Source: an uncultured Collinsella sp. (lineage in GTDB: Bacteria; Actinomycetota; Coriobacteriia; Coriobacteriales; Coriobacteriaceae). From it: a DNA stretch of 64,000 nucleotides. Below the pieces are notes generated by a model, which saw only the letters and a program-made list of their open reading frames with translations, did no database searches and was not told the origin of the DNA. Position numbers and translations under genes: made by a program. Numbering within the stretch: the first letter of the stretch is position 1; each line of letters begins with the position of its first letter. Where the stretch lies: the NCBI GenBank assembly GCA_902495645.1, contig CABUXY010000002.1, forward strand, positions 149,640-213,639, in the 5' to 3' direction. Shown here one piece after another: positions 1 to 10,493 of the stretch.

Positions 1-408
1 GCCGCCGGCGCTGCTGCCGAGGCCGTGAAGGCCGACTCCCCCGCCGCTTCCGCAGCACCCGCTGCCGAGACAACGACCGCCAGCGACCTCAACGGCAAGC
101 GCGTGCTCGTGCTCTGCCAGGGCGGCGGAACCTCGGGCCTGCTCGCCAACGCGCTGGCCAAGGCCGCCAAGGAGCGCGGCATTAACCTCGAGACCGCTGC
201 CGAGGCCTATGGCAACCACGTGGACATGCTCCCCGACTTTGACCTGGTCGTCCTGGCCCCGCAAGCCGCCAGCTACCTGGCCGACCTGCAAAAGGACTGC
301 GAGCGCGTGGGCAACAAGTGTGTCGCCTGCCGTGGCAAGCAATACATCGAGCTCTCCCAGAACGGCGACAAGTCTCTCGCCTTCGTAAGCGAGCAACTCT
401 CGAAGTAA
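1..408 (+). CDS. lacE: PTS lactose-family IICB component, C-terminal part (5' end outside the window)
   Basis: Frame is open from base 1. Ala-rich linker, then IIB motif VLVLCQGGGTSGLLANAL; paralogous to 5180-6940 and 8639-10417. Confidence 0.88.
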   Translation, partial: AAGAAAEAVKADSPAASAAPAAETTTASDLNGKRVLVLCQGGGTSGLLANALAKAAKERGINLETAAEAYGNHVDMLPDFDLVVLAPQAASYLADLQKDCERVGNKCVACRGKQYIELSQNGDKSLAFVSEQLSK

Positions 409-474
409 GTAACGCCCAGGGCCAGCCGACCATCCAAGACCGGCTGGCCCTTCGATTTAGACGATTGGATCATC

Positions 475-1914
475 ATGTCCGTTAACCCTGCTAGCGTCAC
501 CAATCCGCCCGCGCAGTTTCCCGAGGACTTTGTCTTTGGCGGCGCCACCGCTGCCTACCAGGTAGAGGGCGAGACCCGCACTCACGGTAAGGGCAAGGTT
601 GCCTGGGACGACTTCCTGGAGGCCCAGGGGCGCTTTTCCCCCGATCCCGCTTCGGACTTCTACAACCAGTACCCCGTCGATCTGGAGCTGTGCGAGGAGT
701 TTGGCATCAACGGCATCCGTCTCTCCATTGCCTGGAGCCGCATCTTTCCCAACGGGACCGGCGAGATCAACCCCGAGGGTGTGCAGTTCTACCACGACCT
801 CTTCGCCGAGTGCCACAAGCACCACGTTGAGCCGTTCGTCACGCTGCATCACTTTGACACGCCGCTTCCCCTCTTTGAGAAGGGCGACTTCCTCAACCGC
901 GAGACCATCGACGCCTTTGTGGACTTTGCCACCTTCTGCTTTAAGGAGTACGCCGACCAGGTGACCTACTGGTTCACCTTTAACGAGATCTGGGCCGACG
1001 CCTCCAACACCTACATCGAGGGCACCTTCCCCGGTGGCGTCAAGGCGCATCTGGCCGAGGCCTTCCAGTGCGAGCACAACATGATGCTCGCCCACGCCAA
1101 GGCCGTGCTGGCCTTCCACAACGGCGGCTTTAAGGGCAAAATCGGCGTCATCCAGTCGCTGGAGTTTAAGTACCCGCTCAACGAGAACGACCCCGCCGAC
1201 ATCAAAGCCGCCAACAACGAGCACGTGCTGCAAAACCAGTTTTTGCTCGACGCGACGTTCCGCGGCGAGTATGCCCCCGACACCCTCGAGTGCGCCAACC
1301 GCCTGGCTGCCGTCTCGGGCGGCACCATCGAGATCTTGGACGAGGACCTCGAGATTATGCGCGAGGCAGCGCTCTACAACGACTACCTGGGCGTTAACAA
1401 CTATCAGTGCCGTTTTTTGAAGGCTTACGATGGCGAGAACGACCTGCACCACAACGGTACGGGCGAGAAGGGCACCGGTCGCTGGCGCGTCAAGGGCATT
1501 GGCGAGCATGTGAACAAGCCCGGCATCCCCACCACCGACTGGGACTGGATCATCTATCCCGAGGGTCTGTTCGATCTGCTCGTCTACATTAAGCAGCGCT
1601 ACCCCAACTACAAGCAGATCTTCATCACCGAGAACGGCATGGGCTACAAGGACCCCTACAAGAACGGTTTTGTGGACGACCAGCCGCGCATCGACTACAT
1701 CGAGCAGCACCTGCGTTGGCTGCTCAAGGCCATGGAGGTGGGCGTCAACGTGGGCGGCTACTTCCTGTGGAGCCTGCAGGATCAGTTCTCCTGGACCAAT
1801 GGCTACAACAAGCGTTACGGCTTCTTTTACGTTGACTTTGAAACCCAGAAGCGCACGCCCAAGGCAAGCGCCTACTGGTACAAGCACGTGGCGCAGACCC
1901 GTCGTCTGGACTAG
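475..1914 (+). CDS. lacG: 6-phospho-beta-galactosidase (GH1), copy 1
   Basis: GH1 motifs FGGATAAYQVEG, TFNE (acid/base), ITENG (nucleophile), FSWTNGYNKRYG; next to a lactose-type PTS. Confidence 0.92.
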   Translation: MSVNPASVTNPPAQFPEDFVFGGATAAYQVEGETRTHGKGKVAWDDFLEAQGRFSPDPASDFYNQYPVDLELCEEFGINGIRLSIAWSRIFPNGTGEINPEGVQFYHDLFAECHKHHVEPFVTLHHFDTPLPLFEKGDFLNRETIDAFVDFATFCFKEYADQVTYWFTFNEIWADASNTYIEGTFPGGVKAHLAEAFQCEHNMMLAHAKAVLAFHNGGFKGKIGVIQSLEFKYPLNENDPADIKAANNEHVLQNQFLLDATFRGEYAPDTLECANRLAAVSGGTIEILDEDLEIMREAALYNDYLGVNNYQCRFLKAYDGENDLHHNGTGEKGTGRWRVKGIGEHVNKPGIPTTDWDWIIYPEGLFDLLVYIKQRYPNYKQIFITENGMGYKDPYKNGFVDDQPRIDYIEQHLRWLLKAMEVGVNVGGYFLWSLQDQFSWTNGYNKRYGFFYVDFETQKRTPKASAYWYKHVAQTRRLD

Positions 1915-1959
1915 TGGCTGGCGGGGTTGCCCGCTCACACAACCTGTCCCCATTTCTCA

Positions 1960-2009
1960 GCCGGGGGCGGCACGTCACACGGCGCGCCGCCCCCGGTCTT
2001 TTTGTTTTT
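1960..2009 (+). terminator. Rho-independent terminator after lacG copy 1
   Basis: GC stem CCGGGGGCGGC...GCCGCCCCCGG followed by a T-tract. Confidence 0.75.
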
Positions 2010-2025
2010 GGGCTGGTCGGGAGCC

Positions 2026-2171
2026 GTTTGTCTCGATCTGTAACATCTAGCCGAGTTTTTTGGTCCTAGCTGTTACAGATTGAGACGAACAGGATTGCTC
2101 TTTCCGAAGAATCTAAATCTGTAACACGTAGCCCGCTTTTGACCGTCTACCTGTTACAAATCGAGACAAAC
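2026..2171. repeat. Palindromic repeat array A (2 units; TGTAACA-N25-TGTTACA core)
   Basis: TGTAACA at 2039 and 2120; TGTTACA at 2071 and 2152; ~20-bp inverted arms in unit 1. Confidence 0.92.
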
Positions 2172-2181
2172 GGAGTAGGAC

Positions 2182-3210
2182 CTAACCCCGTATGTCCCTA
2201 ACAGTCGAGCGTTCGACCAGCGTACTCGGCACATGAATCGCCTCGATAGACGAGCTCTCTCCAATCGCCGCCTCAAACGCAAGCTTACCGACACCGCGCA
2301 AATCAAATCGCAGCGTCGTCAGTCGATTGTGAGGAACAAGTCCCTCGAGTGCGTCGTCGATACCAACCACGCTCACGTCGTCGGGCACGGACAGGCCCGC
2401 GTTCTCGAGCGCGGCGATAACGCCCAGCGCCATCTGGTCATTTGCCGCAAGCACGGCAGTCGGCGCCTGCGACCCGCCGGCAAGCACCTCGGCCGCAATC
2501 CGCTCGCCCATGGCGTACCCACTGTCCGCACTCCAATCGCCACGCAGCATCGGAGCGGCATCGACATGAGCACGACCCAGCGTATCGCGCCAACCGGCCT
2601 CACGAAAACGCGAGGAAATCGAGTTTTCCGGACCCGCCACAAACCGCATATTCGAGTGACCATGTTCCAGCAGATAATTGGTCAACAGCTCGCACGAACC
2701 ATACTGGTCGGAGTCGATCGTCGTGCAGCGCGGATGCGCATACATGGACAGGATGACCGTTCGCACTCCCGGCTGGGGAACAAACTCCTCAAAATCGGGA
2801 GCCATGCGGTTCATGTTGAGAATCATGCCGTCGACGGGTCGCTCGACCATGCGGCGCGAGGCATCGGCAAGTGTATAGGGCTTGTCGCCGCCCATCTCGA
2901 TCATAGTGACGGCAAAATCGTGCTCGCGCGCCGCTTGCATGATACCCTCGAGCGTCGCCAGGTTACCGACACGTGTGATGTTGTACATGCACAGGCCAAT
3001 AGAACGATACGACCCGCCGCGCAACGCCGCTCCAGCAAAATTGGGACGAAAGCCCAGCTCTTCCATGGCGGCCAGCACACGCTTGCGCGTCTTTTCCGTC
3101 ACGTTGGGCATACCGTTGACCACGCGAGACACAGTCTGGCGGCTCACGCCAGCGAGCGCCGCAACCTCTGCCGCGCTCGCCGAATGACCATTCCTTGTCT
3201 GCTGAGCCAT
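2182..3210 (-). CDS. LacI-family transcriptional regulator (start uncertain)
   Basis: HTH EVAALAGVSRQTVSRVVN, hinge LGFRPNFAGAAL, C-terminal VPDDVSVVGIDD. Confidence 0.9.
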   Translation of the reverse strand: MAQQTRNGHSASAAEVAALAGVSRQTVSRVVNGMPNVTEKTRKRVLAAMEELGFRPNFAGAALRGGSYRSIGLCMYNITRVGNLATLEGIMQAAREHDFAVTMIEMGGDKPYTLADASRRMVERPVDGMILNMNRMAPDFEEFVPQPGVRTVILSMYAHPRCTTIDSDQYGSCELLTNYLLEHGHSNMRFVAGPENSISSRFREAGWRDTLGRAHVDAAPMLRGDWSADSGYAMGERIAAEVLAGGSQAPTAVLAANDQMALGVIAALENAGLSVPDDVSVVGIDDALEGLVPHNRLTTLRFDLRGVGKLAFEAAIGESSSIEAIHVPSTLVERSTVRDIRG

Positions 3211-3271
3211 GCCTTCCACGCTAACCTGCTTCCCAACTATTCCCCGCGCCCATGGCGCATCGTACATACAT

Positions 3272-3439
3272 CGATAACGTGCTCATGATACCCGAGCCAT
3301 ATACCACAACATGAAAACTTCTGTCAATCAAAACCGCTTACCGAACAAATACAACCGTTCGCGGCTGTTTGAAGTTGTTTTGTTTCTATACATCCCAGCC
3401 GGGTGTTAACGTGCTCATTGTCAAATGTTCACGTGCTCA
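3272..3439. promoter_or_regulatory. Three LacI-type operator candidates (ACGTGCTCA core)
   Basis: CGATAACGTGCTCA 3272-3285, TGTTAACGTGCTCA 3404-3417, TGTTCACGTGCTCA 3426-3439, between divergent lacI and lacG. Confidence 0.7.
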
Positions 3440-3554
3440 TTTTGGTTCTAATCATTTTAAGATAGTGTTTATCGGGCTTTTTCACCGCTGAACGCTAACC
3501 AAGGAGCCTCCTGAGCGCAAACGCACAATATCGAACAGCGAGACGAGAGGGTGT

Positions 3555-5003
3555 ATGCATATGTCTTTGCTAAACCGCGTACAGCAGCTGCCGAAGGGCT
3601 TTGTTTGGGGCGCCGCAACCGCCGCGTACCAAACGGAAGGTTCCACGAAGGTGGCAGGCAAGGGTAAGACCATGTGGGACGATTACCTTGTCGCCCAGGG
3701 TCGCTTTTTGCCCGACCCGGCCAGTGATTTCTACAACCGCTACGAGGAGGATATCCGCCTTTCTGCCGAGCATGGACTCAACGCCATCCGTGTGTCCATC
3801 GCCTGGACCCGCATCTTCCCCAACGGCGACGATGCCGAGCCCCTCGCCGAGGGCGTTAAGCACTACCACGAGCTGTTCGCCTGCTGCAAAAAGTATGGCG
3901 TCGAGCCCTATGTGTCCCTGCATCACTTTGACTCCCCCGCCGCCCTGTTCAACCAGGGCGACTGGCTCAACCGCAAGACCGTCGACGCCTATGTGCGCTA
4001 TGCCGAGTTCTGCTTCCGCGAGTTCCGCGAGGTCAAGAATTGGTTCACCATCAACGAGCTCATCAGCCTCTCGCACTCCCAATACATCCAAGGCAACTTC
4101 CCGCCCAACCATCACTTTGATGTGACGAGCGGCATCCAGAGCCAGCACAACGAGCTCGTTGCCCACGCCCGCGCCGTCAACCTGTATAAGGATCTTGACG
4201 AGACCGAGCACCTGGGCGGACGCATTGGCATGGTCAACGTCCTGACGCCGGCATATCCTGCCACAGACTCGCCCGCCGACCAGCACGCCGCCGACCTGTA
4301 CAACGCCTTCTACACCGACTTCATCATGGACGGCGCCTTCCTGGGTCACTACTCCGCGCGCACCCTCTCACTCATCAACGAGATTCTGCGTGCCAACAAC
4401 GCCACGCTTACGGTTGAGGACAGCGACATGGAGGAGCTCGCCAAGGCGGCGCCCCGCAACGATATGTTCGGCCTCAACTACTATCAGTCGGCGTTTATCG
4501 CCGCCTACGATGGCGAGTCCACCAACAGCTTTAACGGCACCGGAGACAAGGGCACCTCGTGCTTTAAGTTTAAGGGCGTCGGGCAGCAGGTCGATATGCC
4601 GGGTATCCCCACCACCGACTGGGATTGGCTCATCTACCCGCAAGGCCTCTACGACACGCTCAAGCACATCAGCGCCACCTATCCCAACCTCCCCGTCATC
4701 TATATCACCGAAAACGGCCTGGGCCACAAGGACCCCGAGCCCGACGCAAACGGCATCGTCGCCGATCCCGAGCGCATCGACTTTGTCGACCAGCACATGG
4801 AGAAGGTGCTCCGGGCGCGCGCCGAGGGCGTCGACGTCCAGGGCTACTTTATCTGGAGCCTGCAGGACCAGTTCTCGTGGGCCAACGGCTATAACAAGCG
4901 CTACGGCCTGTTCTACATCGACTTCGACACGCAAAAACGCTACATCAAGCAGTCGGCACTCTGGTACAAGGAGCTCGCCGACACTATGGCGGACGCGCAG
5001 TAG
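3555..5003 (+). CDS. lacG: 6-phospho-beta-galactosidase (GH1), copy 2
   Basis: WGAATAAYQTEG, TINE, ITENG, FSWANGYNKRYG. Confidence 0.9.
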   Translation: MHMSLLNRVQQLPKGFVWGAATAAYQTEGSTKVAGKGKTMWDDYLVAQGRFLPDPASDFYNRYEEDIRLSAEHGLNAIRVSIAWTRIFPNGDDAEPLAEGVKHYHELFACCKKYGVEPYVSLHHFDSPAALFNQGDWLNRKTVDAYVRYAEFCFREFREVKNWFTINELISLSHSQYIQGNFPPNHHFDVTSGIQSQHNELVAHARAVNLYKDLDETEHLGGRIGMVNVLTPAYPATDSPADQHAADLYNAFYTDFIMDGAFLGHYSARTLSLINEILRANNATLTVEDSDMEELAKAAPRNDMFGLNYYQSAFIAAYDGESTNSFNGTGDKGTSCFKFKGVGQQVDMPGIPTTDWDWLIYPQGLYDTLKHISATYPNLPVIYITENGLGHKDPEPDANGIVADPERIDFVDQHMEKVLRARAEGVDVQGYFIWSLQDQFSWANGYNKRYGLFYIDFDTQKRYIKQSALWYKELADTMADAQ

Positions 5004-5179
5004 CGCATCGCCTCGCTTTCCCCCGAGAGGGGAGCGGCCCTATGCGATACAAACCCAGCCGCTCCCCTCTCTCCCCCTAGGACCGACCCCGCCTGCACCC
5101 GGGCTTTTAGCAAGCGGGAGACCATATAGGTTTTCAACGTCCATGCCATTAAGATTTCATGCAAAGAGGAGCGTGAACT

Positions 5180-6940
5180 ATGGAATCGATCGTTAAGTTC
5201 TTGGAGAAAGGTCAGCCGTACTTCGACAAGGTCTCTAAGAACATCTACCTTCAGGCCATTAAAGACGGCTTTTTGGCAGCAATGCCCATCATCCTGTCTT
5301 CTTCTGTCTTCCTGCTTATTTCGACCCTGCCGGGCGTTGTCGCCACGGTCGGCGGCTTTACGCTGCCCGACTGGTGGAACGTCGACGTCGTGAACTTCTG
5401 CAACAAGGTTTACAACTTCACGATGGGCGTCGTGGGCATCATGGTCGCCGGCACCACCGCAAGCGCGCTGACCGGCTCCAAGAACCGCCGCATGCCTGCC
5501 GGCAAGGCCATCAACGCCACGAGCACCATGGTCGCCGCCATGTGCGCTATGCTCATCTTGGCCGTTACCCAGACGAGTGCCAAGATCGACGGCGCCGATG
5601 TCTCGGTGTTCTTTACCGACAACATGGGCACCAAGGGCCTACTGAGCTCCTTTGTCGCCGCATTTGCCACGGTCAACATCTATGCCTTCTGCATTAAGCG
5701 AGACATCACCATCAAGCTGCCCAAAGAAGTCCCCGGCGCCATCGCCCAGAACTTCCGCGACATCTTCGCCTTCAGCTTCTCCATCCTGTTTGTCGCCGTC
5801 ATCGACGTTATCTGCCGCACCTGCTTGGCCGTCCCGTTTGCCAACGTCATCTCCACGCTGGTGAGCCCGCTGTTCGCCGCTGCCGATTCCTACGCCGGCC
5901 TCGCCCTCATCTGGTTCATGATCCCGCTGTTCTGGTTCATGGGCATCCACGGCCCCTCGGTCGTTAAGCCTGCCCTCAACGCCGCGCTGTTTGGCAACAT
6001 CACCACCAACCTCGCCACGCTGCAGGCCGGCGGTCACCCCGCCCTCGCCCTGACCGAGAACTTCGGTAACTACATCGGCGAACTCGGCGGCACCGGCGCC
6101 ACGTTCATTGTCCCGATCATCTTCCTGCTCTTTATGCGCTCCAAGCAGCTCAAGGCCGTCGGCAAAGCCTCTGTCGTACCCGTGATGTTCGCCGTCAACG
6201 AACCGCTGCTGTTCGCCGCGCCCATCATCCTCAACCCGTACTTCCTGATCCCGTTCCTGTTTGCCCCCGTGGCCAACGTCCTCATTGGTAAGTTCTTCAT
6301 CGACTTTTTGGGCATGAACGGCTTTATCTATGCCATGCCGTGGGCACTCCCCGGACCGATCGGCACCTTCATCGACACCAACTTCCAGCCGATCTCTCTG
6401 GTCCTGGTTGTCGTCCTGCTGGTCGTTGACTTCTTAATCTACTACCCGTTCTGCAAGGCCTACGACAACGTCCTGTGCAAGCAGGAGGCCGAGACCCTGG
6501 CCGAAGAAGAGGCCGAGGAGACCAAGGCCGTCAAGACCGCTGCCGCCCCCGCCGTTGAGGCTCCTGTTGTCGAGACCGCTTCTGCCACTGAGGCCTCCGC
6601 AGCTCCGTCCGCCCTTAAGGGCAAGGATCTGAGGGTTCTGGTTCTGTGCGCTGGCGCCGGCACCTCTGCACTGCTCGCCAACGCGCTTAAGGAAGGCGCC
6701 GACGAGCTGGGCATCGACATTACCGCCAACGCCGGTGCCTACGGCAGCCACTACGCCATCATGGACCAGTACAACGTCATCGTCCTGGCTCCGCAGGTTC
6801 GCACCTATTACAACGAGATGAAGGCCGACACCGACCGCCTGGGCATCACGCTGCTGTCGCCCAAGGGCAAACAGTACATCGACCTCACTAAGGATCCCAA
6901 GGGTGCCGTCGCCTGGATCGAGGAAAACCTCGAGGCATAA
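5180..6940 (+). CDS. lacE: PTS lactose-family IICB component, copy 2
   Basis: YLQAIKDGF, FWFMGIHG, GGTGAT, FAVNEPLLF; C-terminal IIB VLVLCAGAGTS. Confidence 0.92.
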   Translation: MESIVKFLEKGQPYFDKVSKNIYLQAIKDGFLAAMPIILSSSVFLLISTLPGVVATVGGFTLPDWWNVDVVNFCNKVYNFTMGVVGIMVAGTTASALTGSKNRRMPAGKAINATSTMVAAMCAMLILAVTQTSAKIDGADVSVFFTDNMGTKGLLSSFVAAFATVNIYAFCIKRDITIKLPKEVPGAIAQNFRDIFAFSFSILFVAVIDVICRTCLAVPFANVISTLVSPLFAAADSYAGLALIWFMIPLFWFMGIHGPSVVKPALNAALFGNITTNLATLQAGGHPALALTENFGNYIGELGGTGATFIVPIIFLLFMRSKQLKAVGKASVVPVMFAVNEPLLFAAPIILNPYFLIPFLFAPVANVLIGKFFIDFLGMNGFIYAMPWALPGPIGTFIDTNFQPISLVLVVVLLVVDFLIYYPFCKAYDNVLCKQEAETLAEEEAEETKAVKTAAAPAVEAPVVETASATEASAAPSALKGKDLRVLVLCAGAGTSALLANALKEGADELGIDITANAGAYGSHYAIMDQYNVIVLAPQVRTYYNEMKADTDRLGITLLSPKGKQYIDLTKDPKGAVAWIEENLEA

Positions 6941-6967
6941 GACGCTGACGCCACCTGCCGCTCGCAG

Positions 6968-7016
6968 AAAAAAAATGGCCCGTGCATCGATGCGTGATGC
7001 GCGGGCCATTTTGTTT
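6968..7016. terminator. Bidirectional terminator candidate
   Basis: A-tract, stem AAAATGGCCCG...CGGGCCATTTT, T-tract. Confidence 0.7.
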
Positions 7017-7035
7017 AGACCGCACCCGTCCTCCT

Positions 7036-7340
7036 GTTCATCTTAATCTGTAACATCTAGCCGAGTTTTTGGGTCCCAGCTGTTACAGATCGAGGTGAAC
7101 GCACAGGCCAAGCCAAAAATCTCAATCTGTAACATGTAGACCGCTTTTGACCGCTTAGATGTTACAGATCGAGACAAACAGATGGGTCAATCCAATCAAT
7201 CTAGATCTGTAACACCTGGCTGGTCATTTCACTCCTAACTGTTACAGATCGAGACAAAGATGATGGCTGGGTAGACAAAATCTCAATCTATAACACCTAG
7301 TCGAGTTTTCGGGTCCCACCTGTTACAGATTTAGACGAGC
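7036..7340. repeat. Palindromic repeat array B (4 units, period 79-81 bp)
   Basis: T(G/A)TAACA at 7049, 7128, 7208, 7289; TGTTACA at 7081, 7160, 7240, 7321; all loops 25 nt. Confidence 0.93.
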
Positions 7341-7353
7341 AGGCCGAGCACGT

Positions 7354-8364
7354 CTACGCCCGCAGATCCCTCACGCTGGAACGCTCGACCAACACGCCCG
7401 AGACGAGCGTACGACTTCTGGAGCTCGGGGCTTCCAGACCTGCGACGACCTCGTTAAGCGCACGGATGCCCAGTTCGCGGTGGCGAAACTTCACCGACGT
7501 CAGAATCGAGTTGGGAATCGTCTTGTAGAGCTCATCGTCGAAGCCGATCACGGACACGTCGTCGGGCACATTGAGCCCTTTGTCACGTAGAGCCATCATC
7601 ACGCCGTTTGCCATGCAGTCGTTAGCAGCGAGGACCGCCGTGCAATCGGGCTTATCGGCAAGCACAAGGCCCGCGGCATAGCCACTATCCGCATTCCAAT
7701 CGCCTTGCAGAGGCTCGGGCGGCTCAATGCCACGTGCCTCGAGTGCCGCTCGCCAACCTTTCATACGGCACTGGCTCGACAGTGACTCTTTCTTACCAGA
7801 GACGAAGTACACGTTCTTGTGCCCGTGGTTCAAGAAGTACTCGCACGCCATGCGCGCGCCGCCCTCTTGGTCGTCACTGACGGTAGAGCAGGTAGGATGT
7901 TCCATCGGTGTGATAATCACCGTCTTGAGGTCTTTCGGCGCCTCAAAGGTATCAAAGTCATCGACCATCTGGCGCAGGTTGAAAATCATGCCATCGACGG
8001 GAAGCTGCGACATCCTACGCGCCGCTTCGGCAAGGGTCATCTTCTCCCCCGCCCGCTTTTTGATCATCGTAAGAGCAAAGCCTCGCTCTTCGGCGGCATC
8101 GGCGATACCGTCGATCATGTCCACGGCACCGCCCGACAAGTGGAACAGCACGACGCCGATGCACCCGTAACGGCCCAACTTGAGCGAACGCGCGGCAAAG
8201 TTGGCTCGAAACCCGAGCGCCTCCATGGCCGAATGAACCTTATCGCGTGTCGACTCACGCACGCTATCGGGCTCGTTAATCACGCGCGAAACCGTCTTGA
8301 GAGAAACACCAGCGGCAATCGCCACATCATTCATTGAGACATTTTTCTTGTCCATCGTTGCCAC
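7354..8364 (-). CDS. LacI-family transcriptional regulator
   Basis: HTH MNDVAIAAGVSLKTVSRVIN; VPDDVSVIGFDD. Confidence 0.92.
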   Translation of the reverse strand: MATMDKKNVSMNDVAIAAGVSLKTVSRVINEPDSVRESTRDKVHSAMEALGFRANFAARSLKLGRYGCIGVVLFHLSGGAVDMIDGIADAAEERGFALTMIKKRAGEKMTLAEAARRMSQLPVDGMIFNLRQMVDDFDTFEAPKDLKTVIITPMEHPTCSTVSDDQEGGARMACEYFLNHGHKNVYFVSGKKESLSSQCRMKGWRAALEARGIEPPEPLQGDWNADSGYAAGLVLADKPDCTAVLAANDCMANGVMMALRDKGLNVPDDVSVIGFDDELYKTIPNSILTSVKFRHRELGIRALNEVVAGLEAPSSRSRTLVSGVLVERSSVRDLRA

Positions 8365-8494
8365 TGCTTCTCCAGTCGGTTTTACATCGCTTGTTTTTGC
8401 GTTCTAGCATACACTACCTGCCTGACTGATAAATCAACCGTTTACCGAACAATATCGACCGCTCACCCGTATATCCTTGTTGCTCTTCCAAAAA

Positions 8495-8537
8495 TGTCTT
8501 ACGTTGTCATTAACGAAATGACAACGTTGTCATTTCG
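8495..8537. promoter_or_regulatory. LacI-type operator pair
   Basis: Perfect 24-bp palindrome CGAAATGACAACGTTGTCATTTCG at 8514-8537, plus a degenerate copy TCTTACGTTGTCAT centred 23 bp upstream. Confidence 0.8.
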
Positions 8538-8638
8538 CAATGCCTTCCTTAAGCAGGAAGGTTTCCGGGCAGTCCTGACCATCCATCGACGACCAGTTCC
8601 ATCCACATGCATCGCGCATCAAGCAGCAAAGGAGCTCT

Positions 8639-10417
8639 ATGGACGCCATCGTAAAGATGCTCGAAAAGCATCAACCGTTCTTTGAGAAGATCTCGAGGAA
8701 CATCTACCTCCAGGCCATCAAGGACGGATTCCTTGGGTGCATGCCCATTGTCCTCACCTCTTCGATCTTTCTGCTCATTACCACCCTTCCCGGCGTTGTC
8801 GGCATCACGCTGCCCCAGCCGCTCATCGACTGGTGCAACAAGCTGTACAACTTCACCATGGGCGTCATGGGCATCATGGTTGCCGGCACCACTGCCAAGA
8901 ACTTCACGGCATCCATGAACCGTCGTATGCCCGCCGGCAAAGTGCTCAACGACGGTTCCACCATGGTGGCCGCCCAGTGCAGCATGCTGCTGCTCGCAGT
9001 CACGCAGTTCACCACCAAGTTCAACGGCTCCGAACTTTCGGTCTTCGATTGCACCAGCATGGGCACGCGCGGTCTGTTCTCGGCCTATATCGCCGCGTTC
9101 ATTACCGTGTGGGTCTACAAATTCTGCGTCTCGCGCGATCTGACCATTAAGCTGCCCAAGGAGGTCCCGGGCGCCATCGCTCAGAACTTCCGCGACATCA
9201 TCCCCTTTGGCGGTGCTGTCATCATCTGCGGCATCGTCGATGTCGTTGTGCGCAACCTCATGGGCGTTCCGTTCTCCGAGTTGCTTATCAAACTGCTCTC
9301 CCCGCTCTTCACTGCGGCAGAGACCTACCCCGGACTCATCCTTATTCAGGCGGCCACCGCGTTCTTCTGGTTCATCGGCGTCCACGGCCCTTCGATTGTC
9401 CAGCCGGGCATCGACCCCATCCGTCTTGCCAACCAGGCCGAGAACCTGCAGGTTCTGCTGGCCGGTGGTCACCCCGCCCACTCCCTCACCTTTAACATGT
9501 CGCTCGTGGGTGAGTTCGGCGGCACCGGCGCCACGTTCATCGTGCCGCTTCTGCTGATTCTCTTTATGAAGTCCAAGCAGCTCAAAGCCGTCGGTAAGGC
9601 CTCGATCGTTCCTGTTGCCTTCGCCGTCAACGAACCGCTGCTCTTTGGCGCGCCGATGATCCTTAACCCCTACATGCTCATCCCCTTTGTTGCCGCCGGC
9701 TGCGTCAACGTGAGTGTTGCCAAGTTCTTTATCGACAACGTGGGCATGAACGGCTTCTCCTTCGTGGTGCCTTGGGCTACCCCTGCCCCCATCGGCATCT
9801 TCATCACCACGAACTTCCAGCTTATCGCCCTGGTGTTTGTCGCAATCATCATCTTGCTGGACGCCATCATCTACCTGCCGTTCTTGAAGGCATACGATAA
9901 GCTGCTCTGCGACCAGGAGGCCGAGCGCGCCGCCGAGCTGGGTCTTGAGTCCGATGGTGCCGCTTCCATCGCCGCCAGCACCCCTGCGCCCGCTGTCGAG
10001 CAGACTACCGCTTCCGTCGAGCCGACCGCCGCTGCCGCCGACAGCAAACCTGTCGCCGATCAGCCCGAGCCCGCCTCCGACGCATCCGCTAAGAAGGATG
10101 TCGACGGCCTGAAGGTCCTCGTCCTGTGCGCCGGCGCCGGCACCTCTGCCATGCTTGCCAACGCCATCAAGGAAGGTGCCGCGCAGACCGGAGAGAACAT
10201 CGCTTCCTCCGCAGGCGCCTATGGCCAGCACACTGCCATCATGGATCAGTACGACGTTATCGTGCTTGCCCCGCAGGTTCGTAGCTACTACAACGACATG
10301 AAGGCCGACACCGATCGCCTGGGCATTAAGCTGCTCGCCCCGCGCGGTAAGGAATATATCGACCTTACCCGCGACCCCGCTGGCGCCATCAAGTGGCTCC
10401 GCGAGAACCTCGACTAG
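8639..10417 (+). CDS. lacE: PTS lactose-family IICB component, copy 3
   Basis: Same motifs as copy 2; AAGGAG SD before the ATG. Confidence 0.92.
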   Translation: MDAIVKMLEKHQPFFEKISRNIYLQAIKDGFLGCMPIVLTSSIFLLITTLPGVVGITLPQPLIDWCNKLYNFTMGVMGIMVAGTTAKNFTASMNRRMPAGKVLNDGSTMVAAQCSMLLLAVTQFTTKFNGSELSVFDCTSMGTRGLFSAYIAAFITVWVYKFCVSRDLTIKLPKEVPGAIAQNFRDIIPFGGAVIICGIVDVVVRNLMGVPFSELLIKLLSPLFTAAETYPGLILIQAATAFFWFIGVHGPSIVQPGIDPIRLANQAENLQVLLAGGHPAHSLTFNMSLVGEFGGTGATFIVPLLLILFMKSKQLKAVGKASIVPVAFAVNEPLLFGAPMILNPYMLIPFVAAGCVNVSVAKFFIDNVGMNGFSFVVPWATPAPIGIFITTNFQLIALVFVAIIILLDAIIYLPFLKAYDKLLCDQEAERAAELGLESDGAASIAASTPAPAVEQTTASVEPTAAAADSKPVADQPEPASDASAKKDVDGLKVLVLCAGAGTSAMLANAIKEGAAQTGENIASSAGAYGQHTAIMDQYDVIVLAPQVRSYYNDMKADTDRLGIKLLAPRGKEYIDLTRDPAGAIKWLRENLD

Positions 10418-10493
10418 GTTCCTCCCTCTGTTGGTGCCCGGATCCCCAGTTCGGGCACCTCTCCCTATTCGAATCCCACAGAAAGGATGACTC

